A stretch of 64,000 nt of DNA from Octopus vulgaris (GCA_951406725.2 OX597827.1:40610001-40674000); one strand, 5' to 3'. Positions 43,106 through 57,832 are shown, counted from the first letter of the stretch. The notes: a model not told the origin generated them from the sequence alone. A program made the numbers and translations.

Positions 43106-43108
<3 letters not shown>
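42358..43108 (-). mobile_element. Internally deleted Tc1-like transposon
   Basis: N-terminus DLSDFQRGEIVGARMAGASVTKTAEMFGISRSTVSK; next frame TVRRELYKAGFHGRAAIRKPLL...VIFSDESSF...VKHGGG; TIR core aaaataatggaa(a/t)cacc at both ends; lies in (TA)n. Confidence 0.9.
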
Positions 43109-43143
<35 letters not shown>

Positions 43144-43274
43144 TTCAATGTATATGCATATATTTACGTATATATATACACATGTGTATATATATATTTA
43201 CGTATATATATATATACATGTGTGTATATATGAATAATATATATATGTATATATGTGTGTGTGTATATATATTA

Positions 43275-43331
<57 letters not shown>

Positions 43332-43667
43332 GTATATATATATATGCATACATACATACACATACATATATGTTTAATATGTCTGTATATATACGGATAA
43401 CAAGATACCAACCCGCTTGGGACAGCCCCTGGTTATAAATTAAAACCTTCCATCAAAATTTCATGTTATCTTCCAAACACCAGTATGATAATAACGACAA
43501 AGTTGTTTTACTAAATTCCTCTTATTTTCAACATTAATTGAAACAAATGCACATCAACAGAAACATGATAGCAAAAGGGTTAATTATAGCTTGACTCGAC
43601 GACACATGACTTAAATTTTTGTGCATGTATCTCGGGCGCACACGAAACTAAGTTAAACTGCAATTAA

Positions 43668-43792
<125 letters not shown>

Positions 43793-43798
43793 TCTATA

Positions 43799-43843
<45 letters not shown>

Positions 43844-44013
43844 GTATATATAAATGTATGTATCTACACACACACACAATATATATATATAAAATAATAT
43901 GTTACATTATTCAGTAGTCAAGACATATTATAACATATTATTTTATAGATAAATTTCCTCTATTTACATAATATTGAGGTCTCTTTCTTTCTTTTGTTAT
44001 CTTACCGTTTTTA

Positions 44014-44076
<63 letters not shown>

Positions 44077-44079
<3 letters not shown>

Positions 44080-44588
44080 TACTCGTTTAATCTTTCTCCT
44101 TGTCTCAGTCATTTGACTGCGGCCATGCTGGAGCACCGCCTTTAGTCGAGTAAATCGACACCGGAACTTATTCTTTGTAAGCCTAGTACTTATTCTATCG
44201 CTCCCTTTTGCCGAACCGCTAAGTGACGGGGACGTAAACACACCAGCATCGGTTGTCAAGCAATGCTAGGGGGAGACACACATACACACACACATATACG
44301 ACGGACTTCTTCAAGTTTCCGTAAACCAAATATATATACATATATAAATGTATACATACATACGTACATACATACATACATACATACATACATACATACA
44401 TACATACATACATACATACATACATACATACCACGGGCTTCTTCCAGTTTCCGTCTACCAAATCCAATCACAAGGCTTTGGTCGGCCCGAGGATATAGTA
44501 GAAGACACCCAAGGTACCACGCAGTGGGACTGAACCTGGAACCATGTGGTTCATAAGCTACTTACCACACAGCCACTCCTGCGCCTAT
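44077..44588 (-). mobile_element. SINE-B, full length, with internal duplication
   Basis: Homology to SINE-B; the cgggcttctt...gtttccgt segment occurs twice around (CATA)n. Confidence 0.9.
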
Positions 44589-44667
44589 TATATCTCTATA
44601 TTTATATGTTGTTTATACATCTGTCTTTGTCTTGTTTTTCTGTAAATTTCATATATATATATAAATA

Positions 44668-45628
44668 TATTCTTTTATTCTTTTACATGTTCCAGTTCTA
44701 AAGCTGTGGCCATGCTGGGGCTCCGCCAGTGTAATCACCCCTTTAATGGCCAATTCTATGTGATTGGCTTTTGGTGAAGGAGGGTTTTCGACACTGGTCT
44801 CCTCTTTTGAGTGTTCTGTCTTGATATCGGTTCATCTGGGGCCTTGGAGAGCAGGAGGTCAAATTGTTTCTTGAAAACATCTTCCCCAGCTCCATGAAGA
44901 TCTCTCAGATATTTTGGAAAGGGGTTAGACAGCTGTGGGTCTTTGAATCACACGCTATTGCAGTGCATGGTCCTTCCTTTAAATGGGATAGCTGGGACCT
45001 TTGGAACAGTGCAGTAACATCCAGTTAAGGCTCTGGTATAGCTCTCGATTTCAAAGTTTTGTGCTAACCCCCTCCAGGATTTTCCATACCTATATCACTG
45101 CATATATCTCCTGCCTTCGCTCCAGGGAATAGAGTCGTAGCTCATTCAGTTTCTCCCAGTGGTTCAGCTGTTCCATTGACGCAATCTTCTTGGTGTAACA
45201 TCGCTGAACTACATCAAGTTCCGCAATTAATCTGACACTGTAGGGTGACCACAGTTGACAGCAGTAGTCCAGACGACTGAGTACAAATGTTTTCTATAGA
45301 ACCAGCATAGTTTCCTGGTCCCTTGTCCCAAAGGTTCTCAGAATCTATCCAACCATTCATTTGCACACTACCGCCATCTTGGTGATGTACATGTGAAACG
45401 AGGCATCGTTGCTTGTATCAATCCCGAGATTACTCACTGTATGTCACTCTGGGATTGCCACTCCTTTTACTCCAAAGTATCATTGTTGCGGCTTCTAATC
45501 ACCAATTAGCTGGTAGTGGAAGGCTTGTAATTTGCCTGCATTAAATTGCATGTTGTTTACCTCGGTCTATTTATATGATATCTAGGTATTTCTCTAGAAG
45601 ATTAGCATCAGAAGGTTCCTTGGCTGCT
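44668..45628 (-). mobile_element. 5'-truncated CR1-group LINE
   Basis: Translates VLSRLDYCCQLWSPYSVRLIAELDVVQRCYTKKIASMEQLNHWEKLNELRLYSLERR; short tandem tail aaaagaata. Confidence 0.85.
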
Positions 45629-46509
45629 TATGCTATATATTTATGCTGTATGTATGTATGTATGTATGTATGTATGTATGTATGTATGTATGTATGTATG
45701 TATGTATGTATGCATGTATATAATATATATGTATGCATGTTTGCATGTCATTAATATATATGTATGCATGTATGTATGTATATATGTAAGTATAAACACC
45801 AGTTCTCGTCTGATCACTGAAATTCTTTTTTTGAACCGCTAAGTTACGGGAACGTAAACACACCAACACCGGTTGTCAAGCGTTGGGGTGGTATTGCAAA
45901 CATAGACTCAAAGGCACACACACACACACAGATGCATACATGTACATATATACGACGGGCTTCTTTCAGTTTCCGTCTACTACATCCATCTCAAGGCTTT
46001 GGTCGACCCGAGGTTATAGTAAAAAACACTTGCCCGTGTTGCCACGTAGTGGGATTGAACTCAGAACCATGTGATTGGGAAACAGGCTTCTTATATTCAT
46101 GCTAAGGTGAAAGATCGGTGGCCATAATGTAGAATAGCGTCACAGAAAATTCAAGTGGTACTTATAATAAAATTCTGTCCGGCTATGAACGAGACGGCGA
46201 GAAAAATGAGAGCTATGGATAGTGAAAGTATAGGAGAATGGTCTAGACCGGACAGCCAGGCGCTACGAGGGGCGTTAACCGATGTTGAAAGTAATCTGCA
46301 AAGTAACTGTTTCATAGAATAAGTTATCTCGTGACCAGAGATGTAAGAATACATAACGAAATAGAAATTGATTTCATATACAATGACAATCCTGTATTTC
46401 CCAAAAGACAATAAAAACACATCTCGCGGATACAAACCTACTGAAAACATGATGGTAATCATCATTATCATCATGATAACAACGACGACGACGACGATAT
46501 TTTTATGTA

Positions 46510-46812
46510 CAGTAATCCCTCGCCATATCGCGGTTCACTTATCGCGGTCCACTTATTGCAGTTCACCTATCGCTGTTCACTTATCGCGGTCCACTTATTG
46601 CAGTTCACCTATCGCGGTTCACTTATCGCGGTTTATTATCTAAGCTTACATCGATTCCTCTGTTATTTTGCATTTATAATAAAATAAATATATACAAATT
46701 ATAAAAATAATTTTAAAAATTATACAGTACAGTCCTGTTTCTGATTCGCGGATTTTCACCTTTCGCGGTTTTTTTTTTAGAACGTAACGCCCGCGATAGT
46801 CGAGGGATTACT
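46510..46812. mobile_element. Tigger/pogo-like MITE with internal tandem repeats
   Basis: TA|cagtaatccctcg ... cgagggattact; ~14-bp units atcgcggt(t/c)cac(t/c)t at 46529-46633. Confidence 0.75.
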
Positions 46813-47265
46813 CCCATTACTACAAGTTAAATATTACCATTACTGCTGTTGCAGCTGCTGGTGCTGCTGCTACTGGTGCATATTTTATTGACCCCGAAAC
46901 AATGAAAGACTAAGTTGACCACGGCGAAAATTGAAATTAGAACATAGAATCGGGCGAAATGCTGCTAAGCGCAAATGCATGTCTTTTTGGCTTTGTGTTT
47001 GTATTTGTCCTCCTACAACGTTTAACAACTGGTGTTAGTTTGTTTACACTCCTGTAACTCAGCTGTTCGGCAATAATCGACAGATAAAGTAGCAGTCGTA
47101 ATACAAAAAAAAAAAAAAGAGAATTAGTATGGGGGTCGAGCTGTTTGACTAAATCCTTCAAGGTGGTGCTCCTACATGGCCGCAGTCGAATGACTTAAAC
47201 ATGTAAAAGATGAAGGGAAAATCATGCTACCGCTTAGTTTCTGAGTTCTAATTTCACCGAGGTCA

Positions 47266-47460
47266 TACTCTTACTTGTTTCAGTCATGTGACTGCGGCCA
47301 TGCTGGAGCACCGCCTTATTCTTTGTAAAGCCTAGTACTTATTCTATCGGTCTCTTTTGCCGAGCTGGTAAGTTACGGGAACATAAACACACTAGCATCG
47401 GTTGTCAAGCGATGTTGAGAGGACAAACATATACAAACAAACAAATATACACACACACAC

Positions 47461-47534
<74 letters not shown>

Positions 47535-47720
47535 GTATTTATATATATACATATATACGACGGGCTTCTTTCAGTTTCCGTCTACCAAATCCACTCACAA
47601 GGATTTGGTCGGCCCGAGGCTATAGTAGAAGACATTTACCCAAGGTACCAAGCAGTGGGACTGAATCCGGAACCATGTAGTTTGTAAGCAAGCTACTTAT
47701 TACACAGCCACTCCTACGCC
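47266..47720 (-). mobile_element. SINE-B, full length
   Basis: Homology to 13686-14098. Confidence 0.9.
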
Positions 47721-48199
47721 TCAAAGATTAACCGATCGATAAACTACCGCGTCAGTCAAATCCTGAGTGTATATATTCTGTATAAGTTCCTATATAAAAA
47801 ATTAGTTTCCAGTAATGGCAATGCTGCTCCTGCGGCCGCTGCTGCTGCTATTGTGCGTGCTGCCAGTAACAGCAAGTTGTTCTTAGCCTACGGTATATAT
47901 TAACAGCTTAAAGTGTCAGAGGGAAAAAACTGCGGCCCGCGGGACTTTACTTTCAGAATGGTATGTTTAACGAAAAATGATCTTTTTTTTTTTCTCTTAA
48001 TAGCATGAGTCACCTGATTTTGTGCCATGATTCGTGCGGCACGTTTCTGGAAAAGGTTGCCCATGCCTTTAGTAACAGCGAGGTATACTGGGGGTATTTG
48101 AGAGCTACCTTCTTTTGACTGTACGTCGCGTCTGGGTTCAATATAAATAGCTTTCCTCTACACGGTAATTTTATACTATATCTACCCTCTCACTCAAGA

Positions 48200-48530
48200 T
48201 GTATGACTCAGTGGTTAGAGAGTTGGGCTTACAATTGTAAAGTTGTGAATTCGATTCCCGGCCTGGGCTGTGTGTCGTGTTCTTGAGCAAGACACTTTAT
48301 TTCACGTTGCTCCAGTCCACTCCGCTGTAGAAAGGAGCTGTGACATCACTGGTGCCAAACTGTCTCGGCCTTTGCCTTTCCCTTAGGTAACATCAGTGGC
48401 ATGGAGAAGGGAGACTGGAATGCATAACCGACTGCTGGTCTTCCACACACAACCTTGCCCAAACTTGTGCCTCGGAGAGGAACTTTCTAAGTGCAGTCCT
48501 ATGGTCATTCATGACAGAAGGATGTCTTTG
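48200..48530 (+). mobile_element. SINE-D
   Basis: Homology to the reverse complement of 21820-22180. Confidence 0.85.
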
Positions 48531-48883
48531 CTCTTTTTACCATCTCGTTATACTGAAATACACACCACTCGGTCCATTATCCCACCAACTCTGTCACTAA
48601 CTGTAAGTGACGTTGAAGAATTGAGGCAAATACACACACACACGCACACACGCACGCACACGCACACGCACGCACACGCACACGCACACGCACACACATC
48701 ATAAATGTAAATAGGCACCCATCATTATACCATTTTATGTTTGCAGACACTCTGGTGCTTCAGACATGTTAATGTGTTATGCACAAGGCATGACTATTAA
48801 ATACGAGATTAAGTATTTAAATGCCCCAAGAGGCATTACTTTATTTCTAGAAATAAACCTTTCGAAAATGATGGTGTTTATAT

Positions 48884-49426
48884 GCGGGGTGATTGAAAAG
48901 TAACCCCCTAATTTAAAATACTTATAAACTATTCATTATTCGTAATTTGTTTTCTCAACTATTTTGTGTTTGTTTTTTGAAGTATGAGAATTTAATCTGT
49001 CATCGTGTTTCTCTTGTCGTTCGTGAATGGCCGAATACCCACTTCCCCAGGAGATGGATGGATCATTGTGGTTCGCATGAGTGGCCGGCCAAGAGTCCCA
49101 ACTTAATAACATGTCACTTTTTTTGGAGGGTTGGTTGGTTAAAGGAACAAGTCAACTGTACCAAACAAAAAGACTTTGGAAGAGCTTCAAGGGCAAACAC
49201 GAGAAGTTATGTCTTCTTCCATCCCGCAAGAGTTTCTGCTGAAATCAGTTGACGCAATTCTTGGGCGACTCATGAAGCTGGTGACGACATCTGGAGCCCA
49301 TACCGAATTTTAAATAAAACCTCATGCTAAAAGCTTTCCTCTCATATCCATTTTTTTGTTTTGTAAAAATGACAATTAATAATTTATAAGCATTTTAAAA
49401 TAGGGCGTTACTTTTAAATCAACCTG
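48884..49426 (+). mobile_element. Internally deleted Tc1/mariner-superfamily element
   Basis: TIRs ggtgattgaaaagtaaccccctaatttaaaat / attttaaaatagggcgttacttttaaatcaacc; VREWPNTHFPRRWMDHCGSHEWPAKSPNL...GWLKEQV. Confidence 0.85.
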
Positions 49427-49432
49427 TGTGTG

Positions 49433-49464
<32 letters not shown>

Positions 49465-49595
49465 ACTGTGTGTGTGCGTGTGTACGATATGTATATGTAC
49501 GATATGTCTACACGTGTCTCTGACTCAACCTTTTCCCGGCGTCCTGAATGTTAAAACACCAAGATTCTAACGAATCCTACAACTGATTAAGGACT

Positions 49596-49627
<32 letters not shown>

Positions 49628-49675
49628 TACACACACACACACACACACACAAACATACACACACGCACACACACA

Positions 49676-49803
<128 letters not shown>

Positions 49804-50788
49804 AATACTTTAGAGAAAAGTATTTCAAAGAAATTTCGCATATTGAAATCTCATTTAATCATCAATTCATTTGTCTCCAAAGAATTGCCTAATTAGATAT
49901 TAATCTATTAACTCTTAGGTAATGACTTGAAATTCGTTTTACATCAGCACAAGGTCCTATATTTGCAACTGGTGAGGGGGGGCGCTATTTGTGGTGGGGG
50001 AAAAATGAATTTCATTGGTTCCCATGTAAATGAGTTGATGTCAATTTGGAATCGATTCAACCGAGATTAGATCTCAGAACGGAGGCACCTAACTAAATAC
50101 AGTAAGGTATTCATTGAAACGTTTGGCCATGTGTGTATGTGTGTGTGTGTCTGTGTGTGTGTGTGCGTGTATGTGTGTGTGTGTGTGTGTACGTGTTTGT
50201 GTGTGTACGTGCGCATGCATATATATTTACATACAAACATACACACATACATGTATGCATATGAATATGTATGTATGCATGAATGTATCTATGCATCTAT
50301 GCATCTATGTACGGTAGTATAGGCGCTGAATGGCCAAATGGTTTAGAAATTCACTATGGAATCACGAGGGTCCGGGTTCAATCATGCTACGTGGCACTTA
50401 CGTATAAACTTCCTTTGGTTAAAGCTTATTTCTAATGGATTAAATCTAAAAAGAAATGAAAATTGAGTTATCGACTGTTTAAAGTCTGTATATTTTTTCT
50501 CAAACACCCTGTAAATACATACATACGTATGTATGTATGTATGTATGTATGTATGTATGTATGTATGTATGTATGTATGTATGTATGTATGTATGTATGT
50601 ATGTATGTATGTATGTATGTATGTATGGATGGATGGATGGATGGATGGAAGTCTCTATGTATGTATGTATGTATGTATGTATGTATGTATGTATGTATGG
50701 AATTTACAAAAAAAAAAGACAAAAGAAGAAGACGGGTGTGTAAACAATAAACAGATGTATTGCTTTAACGCTCAGGAAGTGAGAAAGT

Positions 50789-50824
50789 CTTTTACGTTTC
50801 GAGCCTTCGCTGTTCAAAAGAAAG
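50789..50824 (-). ncRNA. Decayed minimal hammerhead in a PLE-type island (50699-50886)
   Basis: Reverse complement cttt-CTTTTGA-a-cagc-gaag-gctc-GAAA-cg-TA-aaag; island lies within (TATG)n. Confidence 0.5.
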
Positions 50825-50886
50825 GAACCAAGAAATAAGCAGGGAGAGAGAAAATAAAAAAAAGGTTTAGTGGCTAACGATCAATC

Positions 50887-51093
50887 ATGTATGTATGTAT
50901 GTATGTATGTATGTATGTATGTATGTATGTATGTATGTATGTATGTATGTATGTATGTATGTATTTATGTATGTATGTATGTATGTATGTACGTATGTAT
51001 GTATGTATGTATGTATGTATGTATGTATGTATGTATGTATGTATGTACGTATGCATGTATATATGTATGTATGTATGTATGTACGTATGCATG

Positions 51094-51127
<34 letters not shown>

Positions 51128-51253
51128 TGTATGTATGTATGTATGTATGTATGTATGTATGTATGTATGTATGTATGCATGCATGTATGTATGTATGTAT
51201 GTATGTATGTACGTATGTACGTACGTATGTACGTATGTACGTACGTATGCATG

Positions 51254-51287
<34 letters not shown>

Positions 51288-51436
51288 TGTATGTATCTAT
51301 ATGTGTATTAATGTGCGTATCAAAATGTGTATACACGGAGTTTGCCACACACATACAGAGACACACACACACGCACACACACGTATGTGTGCGTATTTGT
51401 GTTTTTATGTATGCATTATGTATGTATGTATGTATG

Positions 51437-51511
<75 letters not shown>

Positions 51512-51660
51512 ATATATCTATATCTATATATATATATATATATGTATGTACGCACGCTTGTATGTATATATGTATACATGCCTGTATGCATATATGTATG
51601 TCTGTATGCATGTATGCAAGTATGTATGTATGTATGTATGTATGTATGTATGTATGTATG

Positions 51661-51691
<31 letters not shown>

Positions 51692-51705
51692 GTATGTATG
51701 TACGT
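50887..51705. repeat. Long compound (TATG)n/(TA)n microsatellite
   Basis: Direct inspection; source of the spurious 270-290 aa ORFs. Confidence 0.95.
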
Positions 51706-52257
51706 GTGTATGGGCTTATATCTCTCTGGCGCCATACTATTCGCGTGACCACAACTTGATGGAGATCCTGGTTTGTCAAAACTATCAAAATCCAACTCCA
51801 GTAAGAGGTTAAGCTTTTCCATATCTTCTTCACTTTTTTTTCCTCCGCGTCGCCCTCATTGAATGCAACGGAAAGAAATCTTTTATAAAACAAATGTTGA
51901 TGCTCGTATAACTGGCGCCAGTTAAGTGTCTTGCTCAAGGACATAATGTAAGCACATAAGCATAATCGCTTGCACGCCCAGGCATAGGCTCATATACACA
52001 CACATTCACACACACACGCACGCACACACACACACACACCACCACACACACACACAAACACACACACACACCAACAAAACATAATACACCTTCATCGTAT
52101 ATATATATATATATATACTATTCCTATAAAATATCGTGTATATTTATGTACACGATATTTTATATGAAAAGTATTTAGTCTATTGACCAAATTTTTTTGC
52201 GCCAGACCACTGGTAATAAAAAAATTCTATAATTCTTATTACCCTAATATTATGTTT

Positions 52258-52304
<47 letters not shown>

Positions 52305-52521
52305 TGTAATACACACATATTTACAAATATATACACGCACACACGCGTATACCATATACATACATATGAAATGTATAGAGAGTGAGAGACAAAAATTGAG
52401 TGTAGCGGAAGGAAAGACAATAAAAGCGGGAGAAGGGAGAATAAATGAAGAAATGAAAGCAAGGTTTCTGTACATATGTTCATACAAACACAAGAAAATA
52501 TGTGCGTCATGTAACTAAGTA

Positions 52522-53067
52522 TTGGGTTGTCCGGAAAGTTCGTGCCGATTTACCTTTTAGAACATGGTTGAGTCCATAAAATAGGATTTGACTACACCTC
52601 CATTTAGAGCACGATTTAAGCTACCTTTTCGTGGAAGAAGGTTTATGTTCCTATAACCTGTGTTAATTCTGTAACCCTTTAAAATGAAAGATTAGAAAGT
52701 TCATTTTCGGCACTTAATGCTTTGGGAACCAGACAAAAATTGCTGCAGCTCGGCTGGGATGTGTTACCCCACCCTCCATATTCACCAGATGTTGCTCCTT
52801 TGGATTTCCAGTTATTCAGGTCTCTTCAGAGTAGTCTTAATGGTAAAAATTTCAATTTCTTGGATGACGTAAAAAGATACATTGATGAATTATTTGCCAT
52901 GAAACCACCTCAATTCTGGGAAGAGGGTATATTCAAGTTAAAGGAAAGATGGAGAGTCATTGTGCAACAAAATGGTTCATATTTGGTTGATTAAAAATAT
53001 GATGGCATGTATTTATTGGACTTTTTCTTTCCTTTAAAAATCGGCACGAACTTTCCGGACTACTCAA
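52522..53067 (+). mobile_element. Internally deleted mariner transposon
   Basis: TA TSD; TIRs ttgggttgtccggaaagttcgtgccgattt / aaatcggcacgaactttccggactactcaa; QLGWDVLPHPPYSPDVAPLDFQLFRSL (YSPDLAP-like motif). Confidence 0.92.
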
Positions 53068-53076
53068 TAGAATTAA

Positions 53077-53296
53077 TCCTTTAGCATTTAAACCAGCCAT
53101 ATCTAGCCCAAATATTCTACCAGTCTTATGTTCAAACTAGCCAGATTTGGTCTCTCATACCTGCTCTACAATATAATTCTAAATATAAACAATCACACAA
53201 TCGAAATCTCAAAGCTATGAAATGATGAATGATTAATTCAAAACAATGTGAATACTTAACCATTTCATTTGGCGGATTAATCTGAACGCTAAAGGG
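53077..53296. mobile_element. piggyBac-type MITE
   Basis: TTAA on both flanks; TIRs cctttagcatt / aacgctaaagg. Confidence 0.75.
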
Positions 53297-53922
53297 TTAA
53301 ACGTTTGCCAGAAACTATTAAGTTTCAGCCATCGGATTGTCAAATAATAAATAAAATTACCAATAAACATCTTACATATAAAGAAATGTAAAAAGTTCGT
53401 TGACTTTTTTTTTCTTGACGTTAATTGTAAAGTTTATAAACATTATAGGTATTTATTGAAATTTTAGCAAGTAACGGTAAGTTGTGTGTTGCTATGAATG
53501 TCTACACAACGTTTGGAACATGGGATAGAAAAAGAAGACGAAGAAAGGAAAGAAGGAAAAGAGAATGGCGATGAAAGGAAAACAACAGAAAGAAAGAAAG
53601 AAAACAGAAATAGAGGTGTGATAAAACGAATACTGTCTGTGAAAAAATAACGAAAGGATGGTTATACAATAGTGTAGATTTATGAAAATATTAATAGTAT
53701 TTGAATAGTACTAAAAATATTTGAAAAGCTCGGTTAAGTTTTAAATGCAAGCCACGTACACTGCAATATAAAGTTTACTAATTTGTGCTAGATTTAATAT
53801 TGTACATGATAACATTTATATCTATATCTGCAGAAAGAGATAACCTGATGTGGAAGGGAATAGACATCTTTTTAGGAATACAAACGCTACAAAGGTGACA
53901 AGTTTGTTTATATACTTCAACT

Positions 53923-54161
53923 CTTACTCTCTTTTACTCTTTTACTTGTTTCAGTCATTTGACTGTGGCCATGCTGGAGCACCGCCTTTAGTCGAGCGAA
54001 TCGTCCCAGGACGTATTCTTTGTAAGCCTAGTACTTCTCCTATCGGTCTCTTTTGTCGAACTGCTAAGTTACGGAGACGTAAACACACCAGCATCGGTTG
54101 TCAAGCGATGTTGGGGGGAACAAACACAGACACACAAACATATACATACACACATACACAT

Positions 54162-54218
<57 letters not shown>

Positions 54219-54360
54219 TGCGACGGTCTTCTTTCAGTTTCCGTCTACCAAATCCACTCACAAGGCTTTGGTCGGCCGAGTCTATAGCAGAGGACACTTG
54301 CCCAAGGTGCCACGCAGTGGGATTAAACCCGGAACCATGTGGTTGGTAAACAAGCTACTT
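53923..54360 (-). mobile_element. SINE-B
   Basis: Homology to 13686-14075. Confidence 0.9.
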
Positions 54361-55094
54361 GTGACAAATAAAAGAATTAATTAATACTTTTTGCTGTCAG
54401 TGTTTTACATTCATAGAAACACTCAAGCGAGTGTCTTTGCGTCATTGTGTTAAGTTAAGTGGAGCAACAAACAAGGCTTCACTGATAAAAATTGAAACAA
54501 TATTTATATAGAGAGACATAATATATACGTGAGTATATATTATACATTGTTTACAGAAAGAGAGAGTTAAATGTGTTTGAATCTATAAAGGACCTACTTA
54601 TCAGCGCACGCATGGCTATGTGGTTAAGAAGTTTGGTTCATCAATGACCACTTGGATTCAAGTTCGATCTCACTATAGAGTACTTACGACGACTGTCTTC
54701 TATCATAGTTTCGGATTAAATATCACATTATGTACCGATGTTTGATTGACAAAAACTGTGCGAAATTACGCCGTGTCTTGATTCGTATATATATATATAT
54801 ATATATATATAAGTGTGTATGTATATATAGTCGGATCAATACACCGGACGCTGAAGTACAATCAGTGAGATATTTAGGCTGTGCACAGGGAGAAAATTCA
54901 CCGCTGTGAGTATTTAACGCCTAGGGGCTAGTCCAAATCGCGCATTGGGTAGATCAAACGGTGTTTGATATACTCTACGAAGTCCGACGTGTCGTGAATC
55001 CCTTTGGTCTATTATTACAAAATTAAATAAATAAATAAATAAAATAATTGACGATGATCTATCGTCTGCTATTGTTCTTATAATTTCTTTTCCT

Positions 55095-55373
55095 CAACAG
55101 GCCCTGCCCTATTTAACATTGTCCCGAGGGAGATCAAAGAGGAAAAGGATCCCATCAACTTTAAACGGAGTCTGGATAGATTCCTTCAAAGAATACCAGA
55201 TAAGCCACCCATAATTGGATACAACTCACCCAACAAGAACTCACTACTTGAACAAAACTTGACTTAAACAAAACTTGACTTAAACAGGATTCGAATAATC
55301 CTATCAGGTGGTGCTATTAAGTTAGACATGGCCTGGACCAATCTTTGGTCGAAACATATCTAAGTTATCTAAG

Positions 55374-55376
<3 letters not shown>
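55095..55376 (+). mobile_element. CR1-group LINE 3' end
   Basis: Translates GPALFNIVPREIKEEKDPINFKRSLDRFLQRIPDKP; tandem tail (tatctaagt)x2. Confidence 0.7.
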
Positions 55377-55431
<55 letters not shown>

Positions 55432-55511
55432 AAGCGGACGCTAATACACGCACACACATATACATATTATATATATATATATATATAAAATATGCATTGT
55501 GTGGGCCTGCG

Positions 55512-55548
<37 letters not shown>

Positions 55549-55639
55549 CGGGAAGCTTTATGAAAATAGACAAAAGACGAAGGCAGGTTTACGGAAATAA
55601 ACAAAAGACGAAGGCAGGTGGAATACAAACAAACAATTG

Positions 55640-55696
<57 letters not shown>

Positions 55697-56332
55697 TATA
55701 CATGCATATATATATATCAAAGAAAGAAAAATAACAGACGATAGATCATCATCTGTTATTTTTATATTGTAATATATATATATATATATATATACATAAT
55801 TGCTGTTTGGATATTTATGTGTGTACACCTTTCTGTATACCTCCATGCAATGCTTTGATAAATTACGTGTCTATGATGAAAGCCACGACCAACGTAGGAG
55901 ATTGTGGAGTATACAAATAAAACAAATAAATAAAAAAATGAATATGGAAAAACTATAACAATAACATATTTAAATAAGGCAAAATAAAACGGATGGAGAA
56001 CCACTTATCTCACAGGAAGCTAATTCCACTTGAATGTGTAAACCATTAGAGAGCAATGTCTAATGGGATGATATAACAATACTATTTTGACAAAGTATCT
56101 TTAAAGCAATAGACAATTGAGAAACGCTGACATTCATGAAACGGCATTTTTTTTCATTGTTTTATTTTCTTATCTTTTTAAAGAGCAGTCTCTGTCATTG
56201 GACTACGGTCATCCTGGAGTATCACATTGAAGGGTTTCTGTTTTCAAATCAGTTCTATCGACTCCTTACCCTGACCTTAATCTGGCAAACAGGTTATACA
56301 TCTATGTTTATTGAACAATTGAGAGCATCTAT

Positions 56333-56403
<71 letters not shown>

Positions 56404-56776
56404 AATCCTATGAACCCAGAAATTGAAAACAGAGGGTTACCCACTTGCAAACAAATGTGGTAACATATAACAATATTGACCGAGGTTACCGTGTTTTTTT
56501 TCGTAAGCTTTTCTTCCCACGGATAAACCTTATCTGCTTCCCCCTTTACACCGTACACCATGACACTGTGATACACGATCCCTATTGATCGTTTTTTCCC
56601 TCTTTCTACTTCCTTTTTTATTTTTATTTTCCTTTTTTTCCCCTTTTACGATCCCTTTTGATCGAAAACCTACGCCTCTTCTTTTTTTTTTGTCTTTTTT
56701 CATCCCACAAAAGAAAAGCTCTACCTTGTAATTTGTCCCATCTGTGTGCAGCCCTGTGTGGCCAATAAAGAAACTT
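56404..56776 (+). mobile_element. (TCTA)n-embedded retroposon 3' end (longest copy)
   Basis: Same 3' end as 25805-25950; (TCTA)n on both sides. Confidence 0.8.
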
Positions 56777-56806
56777 ATCTATCTATCTATCTATCTTAAT
56801 ATTTAA

Positions 56807-56872
<66 letters not shown>

Positions 56873-57285
56873 ACTCTTTACTCTTTTCTCTGTTACTCAT
56901 TTCAGTCATTTGGCTGCGGCGATGCTGGAGCACCGCCTTTAGTCGAGCAAATCGACACCGAGACTTATTCTTTGTAAACCTAGTAATTATTCTATCGGTC
57001 TCTTTTGCCGAACCGCTAAGTTACTGGGACGTAAACACACCACCATCGGTTGTCAAGCGATGTTGGGGGGACAAACACAGACACACAAACACATGCACAC
57101 ATATATACATATACCTATATACGACGGGCTTCTTTCAGTTTCCGTCTACCAAATCCACTCACAAGGATTTGGTCGGCCCGAGGCTATCGTAGAAGACACT
57201 TGCCCGAGGTGCCACGCAGTGGGACTGAACCGGAACCATGTAGTTGGTAGACAAGCTACTTACCACACAATCACTCCTACTCCCA
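56873..57285 (-). mobile_element. SINE-B, full length
   Basis: Homology to 13686-14098. Confidence 0.9.
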
Positions 57286-57527
57286 TACATACGTTCATTT
57301 ATTCTCAACAGCTTTTTACTGTCGACACCACCAAAAATGAATAATCTTATCGTTAAAGTAGCGAAATTGTAATGACTTTTGAACGATAACTGATGAGGGA
57401 AGAGCATGTTAGTCTTGTGAGCGATTTTTCCGTGTTCCTTTCTCGTCCGTCGTAATTTTTAAATCAAATTATTTAATGTAAAGCCACGCCTCCTCCATTT
57501 TGCTCCTACTCTGTAAGATTTATGCAA

Positions 57528-57562
<35 letters not shown>

Positions 57563-57761
57563 TACTCTCTCACTTTCCATTTTTATCTTCGTCTATCTTT
57601 CATTCTCTCTCATCACCTTACCTCTCTGTTGCTTTTTCTGTTTATCCCTTTCATTTTGCTATTCTCCCTCCTTCTCTTCGACACGCCCCTTCCTCCTTCA
57701 ACGCACTCCACCTTCATTCCGTTTTTTTCTCTCCACAATCTCATTTATTTCAATCTGAATT

Positions 57762-57832
<71 letters not shown>

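Noticed and set aside
46529-46633. Short regularly repeated units resembling a CRISPR array
   Set aside because: No unique spacers; internal tandem repeats of a MITE in eukaryotic DNA.
50870-51944. Longest ORFs (273-290 aa) and the many YIYI, CVCV and LSIY ORFs
   Set aside because: Translations of stop-free microsatellites, not genes.
57388-57430. CTGATGAG in the unclassified repeat
   Set aside because: No GAAA or stems; the second copy reads CTGGTGA.
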